Part shown: piece by piece, positions 46,128 through 56,243 of the stretch | How positions within the stretch are numbered: the first letter of the stretch is position 1 | Layout of the letters: each line of letters starts with the position of its first letter | Position numbers and translations under genes: made by a program | IMG/VR virus record: IMGVR_UViG_3300045988_069456 | DNA: 61,867 nucleotides | Strand: one strand, 5' to 3' | Source of the DNA: a virus | Notes under the pieces: generated by a model | The model's database searches: none | Told to the model about the DNA's origin: nothing | What the model saw: the letters and a program-made list of their open reading frames with translations, nothing else

Positions 46128-46338
46128 GCAGAAAGCGCAGGAACGCGCAGACAGAAAGCTGCAGTACATAATAGGCAGATACGGGGATGCGAACGGAGAA
46201 CGCCGCAAACCATATTACAGAGAGCAGCTGATCCAGGAAGCAAAGGCAGCGTTGAGCTGGGAAGTTTTTAGCCTTGCTTTTATGGAATTGTGCAAAGAAA
46301 ATGCCCCGGTGACACCGACCAAAGCGTCCGAGGCATGA
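46102..46338 (+). CDS. hypothetical protein
   Basis: TTG 46102 lies 9 nt after CAGGAGG; ATG 46111 is an alternative start. Confidence 0.4.
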   Translation: MRTMEESIEQKAQERADRKLQYIIGRYGDANGERRKPYYREQLIQEAKAALSWEVFSLAFMELCKENAPVTPTKASEA

Positions 46339-46398
46339 AACCCGCAGTTATCAAATAACCGCTTGTGCTTATTATAGCATGAGAGAAAGGAATCGTAA

Positions 46399-46848
46399 AT
46401 GAGCAAAATTATTAAGGTTAGCATGGATTTGGAGGTCACAGTGCACGATTTTCCGGAGGGCAGACTGGAAACACAGAACAAACAGTTGTGCGAGCTGATC
46501 GGTGACGGGTGTGACATGATCGAAAACGTTATGCCGAAGAGACTTTACAGAGAGCTGGGACATACAACCACGGTACTGAGAGAAAACAGCAAGTGCGTGA
46601 GCATGTTGGTGGATGAAGAATTTTTATTTAGAAACGGTTTGCAGCCGAACCTGATCGGTTGTTACCTGTACGAAACCGACAAGCACCGCTCCCCGATTAT
46701 GGGAAACATCCTTTTTGTAGGCAATGCCTATGTTGGAGACGGTGTTGAGTTTACAGGCATTGAGCCGGAGACTTTTGAAACGCTGCACAAGCAGCTGAAA
46801 AATATGGCAATGGCCATGAAAGCACACAAGGAGGCGTTAGGAGTATGA
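46399..46848 (+). CDS. hypothetical protein
   Basis: 149 aa, preceding the ATPase gene with an ATGA overlap. Confidence 0.5.
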   Translation: MSKIIKVSMDLEVTVHDFPEGRLETQNKQLCELIGDGCDMIENVMPKRLYRELGHTTTVLRENSKCVSMLVDEEFLFRNGLQPNLIGCYLYETDKHRSPIMGNILFVGNAYVGDGVEFTGIEPETFETLHKQLKNMAMAMKAHKEALGV

Positions 46849-48800
46849 AAATCTTAAAAATGAAGCTGGAAAACTTCCAGGGCGTGAAAGAACTGGAAAT
46901 TGACCCGCAGGGCGAAAGCAGCGCGATCTATGGCGATAACGGAACCGGCAAGAGCACCGTATACAATGCCTTTACCTGGTTGATGTACGGCAAGCCGAGC
47001 ACCACAGAAAAGAACTACACACCAAAAACCACCGGCAGCCATAACCTGCACCATAGCGTGGAAATGACCGTGGAACTGGCAGACGGTTCGGAAATGGTAC
47101 TGAAAAAAGATTACCACGAAGTTTACAAGACTATTAAAGGAAACCCGCAGCCAGTGTTATCCGGACACACAACAGATTACAGCATGGACGGGGTACCGGT
47201 AAGCGAAACCCAGTTTAAAAAGAATCTGCTGGAAAATTACCATGATGAAGAACTGGCAAAGATGCTGACCTCTTACAACTACTTTTTGGAAAACATGAAA
47301 GTAGCAGACCGCCGCAAAATCCTGTTACAGGTGTGCGGGGATGCGGATTTTAATGAGGTTATTGAGAGCCAGGGCGACCTGCTGAGAGAACTTCCGGAAA
47401 TGCTCCGCAAGCCTGGAAAGGCAGAAAATTATTATACCGTGGACGAATACAGAGCCATTGCTGCAAAGGAGAAGAACCTGACAGACAAAGAACTGGACGA
47501 CATCCCGCAGCGTATTGACGAGGCAGAGAAAGCAAAGCCGGACGTTACGGGACTGGATGCACAGACCATTGACAACACCATGGCAGAGATTAAAGAGAAG
47601 CGCCGGGAACTGGAAAGCCAGAGAGCCGCCAGAGAATCCGGAGCAACAACGACGATCCGCCAGCAGATTGCAGAACTGGAAAGCCAGAGAGCTTCCGGAG
47701 AGGCAAAACATGTGAGAGCGGAATCTGAGGCAAACAAAGGAACCTATGAGCGGATCAGCAATCTCCGCTATATGGCAAGCACTATTGACACAGACATCAT
47801 GCACGCCGAGCAGGACAAGCGCGAGCACGAAAACGAAATCCAGCGCCTGAACCGCAGAAGAGAGCAGCTCCTGGCGGAGTGGAATGAGGAAAATGAAAAG
47901 GAATGGACCGGATCGGAGATTTGCCCGACATGCGGCCAGCAGCTTCCGGCAGAGCAAATTGAGGAAGCAAAGGAAAACTTCAATACAGCCAAGGCACAGA
48001 ACCTGGAAACAATCAACAAGCGCGGCATGACAGAGTGCAGCAGCGGCATGATTAAGAAAGAGCAGGACGAAATTGAAGCCCTGGACGCTCGCCTGGTGGA
48101 ACTGAAAGAGAAGAAAGCAGAAACAGCGCAGAACCTGGCAACAGCTGAAAAAGCGGTACTTGCAACAACGGACTATAAGGACACAGCCGAGTACAGACAG
48201 TTTACAGAGCAGATTGAGAGCCTGCAGGAAAAACTGAAAGATGCCAGAGCGGCAGCTGCTGAGGCAGACAATGTGCTGAGCGGACAGCTGAAAGAACTGG
48301 ACGAGAGCCTGGAAGCTGAACAGAGCAAAAAGGCACAGCTGGCAATGGTCAAGAAACAGGACGAGAGAATCACCCAGCTGGAAAAGAAAGAGGAGGAACT
48401 GGCAGCGAAATATGAGCAGCTTCAGAAAGGCATTTACCTTTGCGAGCAGTTTGTAAAAGCGAAAACAAAGCTCCTGGACGAGAAAATCAACAGCCGCTTT
48501 AAAACCTTGCGTTTCCGGTTGTTTATCGAACAGCAGAACGGCGGCATTGCAGACGATTGTGAGGCCCTGGTACCTTGTAAAACTGGTCTGGTGCCATTTA
48601 AGAGCGCGAACAACGCAGCACGTATCAATGCAGGCCTGGAACTGATTGACACGTTGGCCGAGTATTACGGCGTAGAGCTTCCGGTCTTTGTGGACAATGC
48701 GGAGTCTGTTACAAAGCTGACACTGACACAGACACAGGTTATCCGCCTGGTGGTATCCGAACCAGACAAGACCCTGAGATTTGAGAGAGGAGACAAGTGA
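46845..48800 (+). CDS. SMC/SbcC-like AAA ATPase (recombination module)
   Basis: Walker A YGDNGTGKST, a long coiled-coil middle region, and a C-terminal VFVDNAES (Walker B / D-loop like). Confidence 0.75.
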   Translation: MKILKMKLENFQGVKELEIDPQGESSAIYGDNGTGKSTVYNAFTWLMYGKPSTTEKNYTPKTTGSHNLHHSVEMTVELADGSEMVLKKDYHEVYKTIKGNPQPVLSGHTTDYSMDGVPVSETQFKKNLLENYHDEELAKMLTSYNYFLENMKVADRRKILLQVCGDADFNEVIESQGDLLRELPEMLRKPGKAENYYTVDEYRAIAAKEKNLTDKELDDIPQRIDEAEKAKPDVTGLDAQTIDNTMAEIKEKRRELESQRAARESGATTTIRQQIAELESQRASGEAKHVRAESEANKGTYERISNLRYMASTIDTDIMHAEQDKREHENEIQRLNRRREQLLAEWNEENEKEWTGSEICPTCGQQLPAEQIEEAKENFNTAKAQNLETINKRGMTECSSGMIKKEQDEIEALDARLVELKEKKAETAQNLATAEKAVLATTDYKDTAEYRQFTEQIESLQEKLKDARAAAAEADNVLSGQLKELDESLEAEQSKKAQLAMVKKQDERITQLEKKEEELAAKYEQLQKGIYLCEQFVKAKTKLLDEKINSRFKTLRFRLFIEQQNGGIADDCEALVPCKTGLVPFKSANNAARINAGLELIDTLAEYYGVELPVFVDNAESVTKLTLTQTQVIRLVVSEPDKTLRFERGDK

Positions 48801-48802
48801 GC

Positions 48803-49096
48803 ATGACAAGAGTACACCCGCAGTTTTTAATGAATGGTTTTAAGAAAGCCGTAGAAAAGCAGGATTTTGGAGAGTTTAACAAGGAATTAACTAACGGCAT
48901 GAATTACTGGACAAACCTGTTTAATACAGAGGTTGGAGCACTGGATCCGGACGAGGCGCCGCTGATCATTGCCGCACTGGAAGAACTGGCGAGCACCTAC
49001 AAGAAAACGGTACCTGGCGCAGGAAATATTGCAGATACTTTCCGCAAGAACACGAAAAGCATTGTGTTTATGACGAAAGTACCGAAAGGCAACTAA
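48803..49096 (+). CDS. hypothetical protein
   Basis: The start is ATG 48803 or GTG 48797, after GAGAGGAG. Confidence 0.45.
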   Translation: MTRVHPQFLMNGFKKAVEKQDFGEFNKELTNGMNYWTNLFNTEVGALDPDEAPLIIAALEELASTYKKTVPGAGNIADTFRKNTKSIVFMTKVPKGN

Positions 49097-49287
49097 TGGA
49101 CGGCGAAATTTTTACAATCCGTGCCCGCAGGTGTAAGCGGTGCGGCAGACTCCTGACCAGCGCGGAAGCAGTAGAAAAAGGGTATGGTTGCCAGTGCGCT
49201 GCAAAGGCACAAGCTGAGGAAGATGAAAAGAAACCAATACCCGGACAAATGACCTTTGACGATTTATTTAAGAATATGGAGGAGTAG
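49096..49287 (+). CDS. small Cys-motif protein (DUF6011-like)
   Basis: CKRCGRLLTSAEAVEKGYGCQCAAK. Confidence 0.45.
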   Translation: MDGEIFTIRARRCKRCGRLLTSAEAVEKGYGCQCAAKAQAEEDEKKPIPGQMTFDDLFKNMEE

Positions 49288-49290
49288 AAC

Positions 49291-50400
49291 ATGGCAAACG
49301 AAATGACAGTACAGAAAACGGAGAGCCTGAGCAACAGCGAGGCATTTACAAACAAGGTTTTAAAGGAGTTCGGCAGCAACGTGGCCGGAAGCATCCAGGT
49401 AACTGATTACCAGAGACAGCTGATCCAGGGATATTTTATCGCGACTGACAGAGCATTAAAGATGGCCGAGGAGAAGCGCGTAAGCAAGAACGAAAACAAC
49501 AAGGATCATAAGTGGGACAATTCGGATCCGATCAACTGGAACACGGTAGACCTGAACGCCCTGGCACTGGATGTTGTGCACTATGCTCGTATGGGCCTGG
49601 ACATGATGCAGGACAATCACCTGAGCGCTATCCCGTTTAAAGATAACAACCGCTTATCCAGAACCGGCACAAAGATGTACGTGGTCAACCTGATGCCTGG
49701 ATATAACGGAATCCAGTATATTGCTGAAAAGTACGCGCTGGAAAAGCCGGTATCCGTTACCGTAGAGCTGGTTTACAGCACAGACACCTTTAAGCCACTG
49801 AAAAAGAACCGTGAAAACCGCATTGAAAGCTATGATTTTGAAATTAACAACGCATTTGACCGCGGGCAGATTGTTGGAGGATTTGGCTATATTGAGTATG
49901 AGGAACCGACTAAGAACAAGCTGATCATTATGACCCTGAAAGATATTTTAAAACGTAAGCCGGAAAAGGCTTCCGGAGAGTTTTGGGGAGGTAAGAAAAC
50001 AGCCTGGGAGAAAGGCCAGAAAGTGGAAGTTGAAACAGAGGGCTGGTTTGAAGAAATGTGTCTCAAGACCGTAAAGCGTGAGGTTTACAGTGCCAAGAAC
50101 ATGCCAAGGGACCCGAAAAAGATTGACGACGCCTATGAGTACATGCGTATGCAGGAGATCAGACTGGCACAGATGGAAACCCAGGAAGTGATCGACGCGG
50201 AAGCCAACCAGGTTGTTATTGATACGGAAGCCCAGGAGACACCGCAGAAGCCCGCACAGCCGGCCTTTTTGACCGACGACGGAGGACAGCAGGCTCTTGA
50301 CCTGGGAAGCCCAGCAAAGCCGCAGGCGCAGCCACAGCCTGCACGTAACACCACGGCAGCGCGTAGCACAGCAACCCGCGCAGCAGGACCGACGTTTTAA
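49291..50400 (+). CDS. recT: RecT-family single-strand annealing protein
   Basis: 369 aa, lying between the ATPase and the MBL hydrolase. The core is RecT-like (LMPGYNGIQYIAEKY, GGFGYIEY) and the C-terminal tail is low-complexity. Confidence 0.6.
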   Translation: MANEMTVQKTESLSNSEAFTNKVLKEFGSNVAGSIQVTDYQRQLIQGYFIATDRALKMAEEKRVSKNENNKDHKWDNSDPINWNTVDLNALALDVVHYARMGLDMMQDNHLSAIPFKDNNRLSRTGTKMYVVNLMPGYNGIQYIAEKYALEKPVSVTVELVYSTDTFKPLKKNRENRIESYDFEINNAFDRGQIVGGFGYIEYEEPTKNKLIIMTLKDILKRKPEKASGEFWGGKKTAWEKGQKVEVETEGWFEEMCLKTVKREVYSAKNMPRDPKKIDDAYEYMRMQEIRLAQMETQEVIDAEANQVVIDTEAQETPQKPAQPAFLTDDGGQQALDLGSPAKPQAQPQPARNTTAARSTATRAAGPTF

Positions 50401-51101
50401 TGCTGATTAACCCTATTGCATCCGGCAGCAGCGGCAACGCCTATTACATAAGCGACGGGCAAAGCAGTTTGTTGTTGGATGCGGGGATCCCGCTGGCACA
50501 GATACAAGCCGGATGTGGTTATAAGGTGTCACAGTTGAGTGGCTGTCTTGTGACACATGGCCACGGGGATCATGTGAAAGCTGCAAAGGCCCTGGCTCGC
50601 ATGGGCGTGAATATTTACACCAGCCAGGGAACAGCAGACACGGCAAACCTAACCGGGCACCGAATTTGCACGGTGCGAGCGCTGGAAAGCTTCCATGCAG
50701 GCACATTTGAGGTACTTCCCTTTGATGTTGAGCACGACGTACCGGAGCCGCTGGGCTTCCTGATCCGGAGCACAGTGACCGGGGAAAAGGTGCTGTATTT
50801 TACTGACACGGTTTACATCAAATATACCTTTATAGGCTTGACTCACATAATGATGGAAGCCAATTACGACCCTGAGACAATGGAGCAGAACGTAAAAGAG
50901 GGCCGCATACATGCTGCCAGAGCCAAAAGAACCATAGGCTCGCACATGAGCATTGAAACAGTTATAAAAACGCTGGAATCGTTTGATTTAAGCAGGCTGC
51001 AGCAGGTTTACCTGTTACACCTGAGCAATGACAACAGCCAGGCCGCAGACTTCAAGCGGCGCGTGCAGGCCCTGACAGGCAAAGAAGTGTACTTGTGCTA
51101 A
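50400..51101 (+). CDS. metallo-beta-lactamase-fold hydrolase/nuclease
   Basis: Motif VTHGHGDHV. TAATG-coupled to recT. Confidence 0.75.
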   Translation: MLINPIASGSSGNAYYISDGQSSLLLDAGIPLAQIQAGCGYKVSQLSGCLVTHGHGDHVKAAKALARMGVNIYTSQGTADTANLTGHRICTVRALESFHAGTFEVLPFDVEHDVPEPLGFLIRSTVTGEKVLYFTDTVYIKYTFIGLTHIMMEANYDPETMEQNVKEGRIHAARAKRTIGSHMSIETVIKTLESFDLSRLQQVYLLHLSNDNSQAADFKRRVQALTGKEVYLC

Positions 51102-51115
51102 AGGAGGTCTGAACA

Positions 51116-52102
51116 ATGGCAAGAGCAAGGAACATTAAGCCTGGATTTTTTGACAATGAAATCCTGGGAGAACTGCCAGCATTGACCCGCCTATTATTTA
51201 TAGGCTTGTGGTGCCTGTCAGACCGTGAGGGGCGTTTACAGGACCGCCCCAAACGAATAAAAAAGGAGCTGCTGGGCTATGATGATGTGACTGCAGATGA
51301 TGTTGACACCATGCTGCAGCAGCTGAATGACAACGGATTTATACAGCGATACGAGATCGCAGGAGAGCAATACATACAGGTAACAAACTTCTTGAAACAC
51401 CAGAATCCACACTGCAAAGAGCAGGCAAGTGTAATACCTGCACCAGATGGCGAGGATATGGGCCTAGGCGTTGTGGCGAAAATCCACGTAAAAGGGCGCA
51501 CGGGAACAGCTGGAAACAGCCAAGACCTCCGGACTTATCAGACCGAAAAAGAGCAGGAAAACACAAAAACACCAGATATGCACAGTGCAAGTACAGTGCA
51601 AGCACAAGAAAAGCATAGAAGTTGCCTGGCTGATTCTCTGATTCCTGATTCTCTGATTCCTGATTCTAAAGACCATACGGTCGTTGCTGAGCAGCCGACC
51701 GCCCCGGAACCAGAGGACATTGACGGCGAGGAAGAGGCAAAGCCAGGTAAAAGACAGCAGAGTCCTGACTGGAAAACAGCCAAGACACCGCTGGAAAAGA
51801 GCTTTTGCAGATTTTGGGACGCCTTTCCGGCAGTGCGGAAGAGAGCAAAACCGGCGTGCTGGAAGAAGTGGAAGCTGATCAAGCCAGACGAGGAAATGAC
51901 TGAGCATATACTCCACGCCATTGAGGTAAGCAAGCAGAGCAGCGACTGGAAACGCGGGTATGTGCCTATGCCGCTGACCTGGTTGAATCAAGGACGCTGG
52001 GAGGATATAAGCGAGGAGGTAAGCGTAAATGAGCACAGCAACAATGGCAGCAATGCCGCAGGAAGCCATACAGCAGGGTTCCACACAGCCGGAGACTACT
52101 AA
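51116..52102 (+). CDS. replication initiator / replisome organiser with internal iterons
   Basis: The N-terminus reads FFDNEILGELPALTRLLFIGLWCLSDREGRL. The linker encodes DSLIPDSLIPDS over tandem CTGATTC repeats. A DnaC-like loader gene follows. Confidence 0.55.
   Translation: MARARNIKPGFFDNEILGELPALTRLLFIGLWCLSDREGRLQDRPKRIKKELLGYDDVTADDVDTMLQQLNDNGFIQRYEIAGEQYIQVTNFLKHQNPHCKEQASVIPAPDGEDMGLGVVAKIHVKGRTGTAGNSQDLRTYQTEKEQENTKTPDMHSASTVQAQEKHRSCLADSLIPDSLIPDSKDHTVVAEQPTAPEPEDIDGEEEAKPGKRQQSPDWKTAKTPLEKSFCRFWDAFPAVRKRAKPACWKKWKLIKPDEEMTEHILHAIEVSKQSSDWKRGYVPMPLTWLNQGRWEDISEEVSVNEHSNNGSNAAGSHTAGFHTAGDY
51580..51701 (+). repeat. copy B of the direct repeat (partner at 42653..42761); iteron block at 51630..51667
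   Basis: Iteron block: CTGATTC TCTGATTC CTGATTC TCTGATTC CTGATTC. The flanks are about 94% identical to copy A. Confidence 0.8.
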
Positions 52103-53027
52103 GCCGGACAAGTACAGCATAAGCACCTCGGAAGCCCTGAGAGAGGGGTACAGCGTGCCGGAGCCGGTACCGGAAACAGTAAGCTGCAAGTATTGTGACA
52201 GAAAGCTGGAATATTATGGCCTGGTTAGCCCGGTATCGCCGCGACATGTGATCGTGTGGAAGAGCCGCCCGGAGCGCTGCACATGCAGCAAGGCACAGGA
52301 CTTCTGGAAAGATTGGGACGCAAAGGAAGAGGCCCGCAAGGCAGCTGAGGCAGAACAGAAAGCCAGGGAGGAAGAAATGCAGCGGTTCCGCAGCATGATG
52401 GAGCGCAGCGGCATGAAAGCAAGATTCCAGAACAGACGTTTTGAGAATTTTGTCCAGGACACCCAGGGACGCCGCCAGGCATACACCCAGGCAAAGAAGT
52501 ATGCCGACAACTTCCAGCGTATGCGCCCGGTTAAGAATGATCGCAACCACATAACACCGCCGGAGATTGAGCGCAACGGCCTGTTTATGGCAGGCGGGTA
52601 TGGTACCGGAAAGACCCACCTGGCAGCGGCCATTGCAAACCAGCTGATCAGTGAGGGAACGGCCTGCATCTGCATGACCATGATTGACCTGTTAGACAGG
52701 ATCCGGGAAACATACAAGGCAGCTGGCAGTGACGTAGACGAAGCATACATCCTGAGCCAGTACGAGGATGTGCCGCTCTTGATCATTGACGACATAGGAA
52801 GCGAGCAGCCGACGGAGTGGGGCGTGAGCAAGATATTTGCCATTATAAACGCCAGGTATGAGGGATATATGCCGACGATCATCACAACAAATTACAGCGG
52901 CCCGGAGCTGGTGCAGCGCATGACACCGGAGAGCGGAGACAGCAGGAACGCAGAGAAAACCCTGGACCGCCTGAAAGAGACATGCGTCGGGATTGATATG
53001 ACGTGGGAGAGTTGGAGGGCACGCTGA
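52029..53027 (+). CDS. DnaC/IstB-like AAA+ helicase loader
   Basis: Walker A GGYGTGKTHLAAAI and Walker B LLIIDDIG. The GAGGAGG SD lies inside the upstream gene, with a 74-nt overlap. Confidence 0.8.
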   Translation: MSTATMAAMPQEAIQQGSTQPETTKPDKYSISTSEALREGYSVPEPVPETVSCKYCDRKLEYYGLVSPVSPRHVIVWKSRPERCTCSKAQDFWKDWDAKEEARKAAEAEQKAREEEMQRFRSMMERSGMKARFQNRRFENFVQDTQGRRQAYTQAKKYADNFQRMRPVKNDRNHITPPEIERNGLFMAGGYGTGKTHLAAAIANQLISEGTACICMTMIDLLDRIRETYKAAGSDVDEAYILSQYEDVPLLIIDDIGSEQPTEWGVSKIFAIINARYEGYMPTIITTNYSGPELVQRMTPESGDSRNAEKTLDRLKETCVGIDMTWESWRAR

Positions 53028-53773
53028 TGAACGGACCAACACTATTGTGTGGCGACTGCCTGGAGCTTATGAGCCGGATTCCGGACGGCAGTATTGACAT
53101 GGCGCTGAGTGATTTACCGTATGGCACAACACGCTGCCGGTGGGACACTCCGATCAACCTGCAGGAGTTATGGAAGCAGTACCGGCGAGTGGTAAAGAAA
53201 AACGGCGCCATTGTACTTTTTAGCGCGCAACCTTTTACCACGGAGCTGATCAGCAGCAACAAAGCCATGTACCGCTATGAATGGATATGGAAAAAGACAC
53301 AGCCCAGTGGATTTATGAACGCCAAGAAAATGCCACTGAGGATCCACGAAAACATAGAAATATTTTACCGGAAGCCGCCGACCTATAACCCGCAAATGAC
53401 CCACGGGCACCAGAGAAAGACAGCGACGGCATACGGAACCAGGGAATCGGACGGCAGCAGCTGTTATGGCCGAGAGGAAAGAAACTATACATACGACTCC
53501 ACGGACCGGTATCCGGTGGATGTGCTGCAATACAGCACCGGGGACAAGACCAAGCGCCTACACCCGACGCAGAAGCCCGTAGACCTGCTGGAATATCTGG
53601 TCAAGACCTACACGAACCCAGGAGAGACAGTCCTGGACAACTGCATGGGAGCTGGGAGCACCGGCGTTGCCTGCCTGAATACCGGGCGGGAATTTGTAGG
53701 GATAGAGCTGGATCCGGAATATTACCAGATTGCAAAAGAAAGGATTGAGCAGCATGTGGAAAATATTTTTTGA
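53027..53773 (+). CDS. beta-class DNA methyltransferase (N6-A or N4-C)
   Basis: ATGA-coupled. SDLPYG (motif IV) precedes HPTQKP and VLDNCMGAGSTG (motif I). Confidence 0.85.
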   Translation: MNGPTLLCGDCLELMSRIPDGSIDMALSDLPYGTTRCRWDTPINLQELWKQYRRVVKKNGAIVLFSAQPFTTELISSNKAMYRYEWIWKKTQPSGFMNAKKMPLRIHENIEIFYRKPPTYNPQMTHGHQRKTATAYGTRESDGSSCYGREERNYTYDSTDRYPVDVLQYSTGDKTKRLHPTQKPVDLLEYLVKTYTNPGETVLDNCMGAGSTGVACLNTGREFVGIELDPEYYQIAKERIEQHVENIF

Positions 53774-53963
53774 ATATATGGACAAGTCCAAAATTACATT
53801 AACGGGAAAAGGTTCTGACATTTCGCTTCGATTAGCAATGAAATACAACAACCTTTACAATCGCGAAGCGGTTAGAGCTGAGTATCAGAGATACCCCAAA
53901 AATAAATATGCTGCAATACCGCTGGAAGCGAAAATTAAACAGTTAAAAGAAACGGAGGAATGA
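53754..53963 (+). CDS. hypothetical protein
   Basis: The start is uncertain (ATG 53754 or 53778). Confidence 0.35.
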   Translation: MWKIFFEYMDKSKITLTGKGSDISLRLAMKYNNLYNREAVRAEYQRYPKNKYAAIPLEAKIKQLKETEE

Positions 53964-53968
53964 GAGTT

Positions 53969-54232
53969 ATGGGAGAAGAAAAGAGCCGTGATATTGCCGG
54001 CATTACAGTGAGATACAGTGACGGCAGCACAAAGGAAATTCAAAGCGGGTGTTGCGTGGACCTGGAAAAGGGCAGCGACGATTTATCGGTTGAAATGCTG
54101 AACGTGAAACCGTTCGACCTGGTACGCCTGGCATATGGTCTGGTGGCCGTGGTGCAGCGACTGGGAATGAGGGAAGAACTTACACAGTATGCAAATGGAG
54201 TTACGGAGATGGAAAGCAATGAAGAAAGTTGA
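53969..54232 (+). CDS. hypothetical protein
   Basis: ATG 53969 lies 9-10 nt after ACGGAGGA. Confidence 0.45.
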   Translation: MGEEKSRDIAGITVRYSDGSTKEIQSGCCVDLEKGSDDLSVEMLNVKPFDLVRLAYGLVAVVQRLGMREELTQYANGVTEMESNEES

Positions 54233-54656
54233 AGATATGAAAGAGATCAATTTCATGGTGGAGCGCCTGACCGAGGACGCGGGGAAAGCATTTTCCCCAG
54301 CACGGTACAACCTGAAAAGCAGGAATGATGCCATTATAAGCCCATATAAAACATACGAGCTGTTTTTTGAAATTACTTTTATGGTAATTCAGAAGCTAGG
54401 AGCGTATGAAGAGATCGGGACACCAGAGGAGTGTCTGGAAGCAATGCAGACGGCCAGAGCGTGCCAGGCACAGTGCCTGGATAATATGAGCGACCCGCTG
54501 GAACCATTGAAGATCAGCAGCGCATTGAAAAGTGAACTGTTAAAGCTGCAATTTAGAAAGGCAGAGAAGCCGGAAAGCATTAGTCCGCTGGACTATACAG
54601 TTATTGCAGCATTGAAAGAGGTTCTTGAAAAGAGGACACAGAAAAATGACAGATAA
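54219..54656 (+). CDS. hypothetical protein
   Basis: ORF 54189..54656 has several in-frame ATGs, so the start is uncertain. Confidence 0.4.
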   Translation: MKKVEDMKEINFMVERLTEDAGKAFSPARYNLKSRNDAIISPYKTYELFFEITFMVIQKLGAYEEIGTPEECLEAMQTARACQAQCLDNMSDPLEPLKISSALKSELLKLQFRKAEKPESISPLDYTVIAALKEVLEKRTQKNDR

Positions 54657-54882
54657 CGAAATGAAGGAAGTAGGGGAAATTATAAAAATTGCAATGCAGG
54701 GCAATGAAAAATGCAACGCATGTGAGTTTGAAACACAATGTTTCTTTGCCTATGCATGCCTGAGCAGTGATTATAAATTCTGGATAGACAAAGAGAAATT
54801 TAAAAGAGGAAGAATGCTCGATAGACTGAGTAAAAATCCGGAAGAGCAGGAGAGAAAGGGGCAGGACAATGAAGCAGTGTAA
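54646..54882 (+). CDS. hypothetical Cys-containing protein
   Basis: ATG 54646 lies 9 nt after AAGAGGA. Confidence 0.45.
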   Translation: MTDNEMKEVGEIIKIAMQGNEKCNACEFETQCFFAYACLSSDYKFWIDKEKFKRGRMLDRLSKNPEEQERKGQDNEAV

Positions 54883-55330
54883 GCGTGAAATGAGAGTAAA
54901 TTATTACGAAACGAAAAACATGGGAAACGGCGAAGATATCATCAAAGCGAAAGAAAATTTTGCCAAACATGAAGTTTTCAGAGAATTTATTGATTCTATG
55001 GAATATGAAAAACCGTATTATTTGCTGCTTACTAGAAGCGTTTTTACTGATGGATATTCAAAGCACCTGAAAGTTGACCTGAAACACCGAGAAGCTACCC
55101 AGCAGGATAAAGATCTGGAACGGGCTGTCAGATTTTACGAAGCATTTCAAGGCTATGTTTACCGAAGCAGAAACAAGTATTGCCAAGAGAAGCAGGGCAG
55201 AGGAATGGATGGATATATATTTGACATGAGAGTAACAGTTCCACTGGGAATGGATTTAAACGAAGTTATGGAAAAACTGAGTGAAGAGTGGGAACAAACA
55301 TTCAGAGAAGAGGAGAAGAATGAGCGATAA
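54869..55330 (+). CDS. hypothetical protein
   Basis: 153 aa. Confidence 0.45.
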   Translation: MKQCKREMRVNYYETKNMGNGEDIIKAKENFAKHEVFREFIDSMEYEKPYYLLLTRSVFTDGYSKHLKVDLKHREATQQDKDLERAVRFYEAFQGYVYRSRNKYCQEKQGRGMDGYIFDMRVTVPLGMDLNEVMEKLSEEWEQTFREEEKNER

Positions 55331-55757
55331 AATAACCGTTTATACCGACGGCTCCGCCCTGAGCAACGGTCGCCCTGGTTCCGGATGCGGTTGGGCCTGC
55401 AAGCTGATGTATAAAGGCCAGGCTCGCATGAAGTCCGGAGGAGCGATAGGAGAAACTAACAACCGTATGGAAATGCAGGCGGTTTTGGAAGCCATGAAAA
55501 GCATAACTGATAAAACGATACCGGTTGAAGTGTATTCAGACAGCAACTATGTGGTGGAAACCATGAACGGCCATTTTGCTATGAAAAAGAACCGGGACCT
55601 CTGGCGGAAACTTATGAGGGAACGGCAGAGATTTACCAGTATCCGGTTTATATGGGTAAAGGGACATGACAAGAACCAGCACAACAATGATGTGGATCGC
55701 CAGGCGGTGGCAGAATCCCGGAAGATATTGGAGGCGCAGGAAAATGGACAAGTATGA
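55320..55757 (+). CDS. RNase HI
   Basis: The DEDD residues lie in VYTDGS, TNNRMEMQAV, VYSDSNYV and NNDVDRQA. Confidence 0.8.
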   Translation: MSDKITVYTDGSALSNGRPGSGCGWACKLMYKGQARMKSGGAIGETNNRMEMQAVLEAMKSITDKTIPVEVYSDSNYVVETMNGHFAMKKNRDLWRKLMRERQRFTSIRFIWVKGHDKNQHNNDVDRQAVAESRKILEAQENGQV

Positions 55758-55944
55758 GGCAGTGAAACACCTGATCGAACAGGGAAAAGACGCGACGCTG
55801 GAAGATGGCGTCGTAATGTTGAGAAGCAGAGCAACCGGCGCGGCACTGGATAGAGAATACAAGGCCATGAAAAAAGACCTGAAAGCAGCAGGGTACAACG
55901 GAAGCCTGGGAATCCGAGGCGTGAAACGGGAGGTAGAAGCGTGA
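55744..55944 (+). CDS. hypothetical protein
   Basis: ATG 55744 lies 9 nt after GGAGG. It overlaps the end of the RNase H gene. Confidence 0.4.
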   Translation: MDKYEAVKHLIEQGKDATLEDGVVMLRSRATGAALDREYKAMKKDLKAAGYNGSLGIRGVKREVEA

Positions 55945-56243
55945 GAAAAGCGAGCATGAACTTTAAAAGCGGAGCCTTATATACCAAGGATTGTCGTAAA
56001 CTTGCCGACATTGACAGCGGTGTTGTTGAGTGGGGCGTACAGGTAACAGCGGAAGTCCCAACAAAATCGGTGGCAACGGTCACCAGGAACGCAACCAGAA
56101 CTATTGAGGGTAAGCTGCAGATCGGCCACCTGGATGTGTTAAGCATTATGTACGGCATGAGAATTACAAACAACTGGCTGAAAATGCACGGCGGGATCAT
56201 GGCCAGGAACGGCGGCAAGAAAAAGAAAAGGAGATTATTTTGA
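55941..56243 (+). CDS. hypothetical protein
   Basis: GTG start after GGGAGG. Confidence 0.4.
   Translation: MRKASMNFKSGALYTKDCRKLADIDSGVVEWGVQVTAEVPTKSVATVTRNATRTIEGKLQIGHLDVLSIMYGMRITNNWLKMHGGIMARNGGKKKKRRLF

Noticed and set aside
47325-48809. A 494-aa ORF on the minus strand
   Set aside because: It is antisense to the SMC-like ATPase, which has clear Walker A and Walker B motifs. Its composition is typical of the reverse complement of a Glu/Lys/Ala-rich coiled coil.
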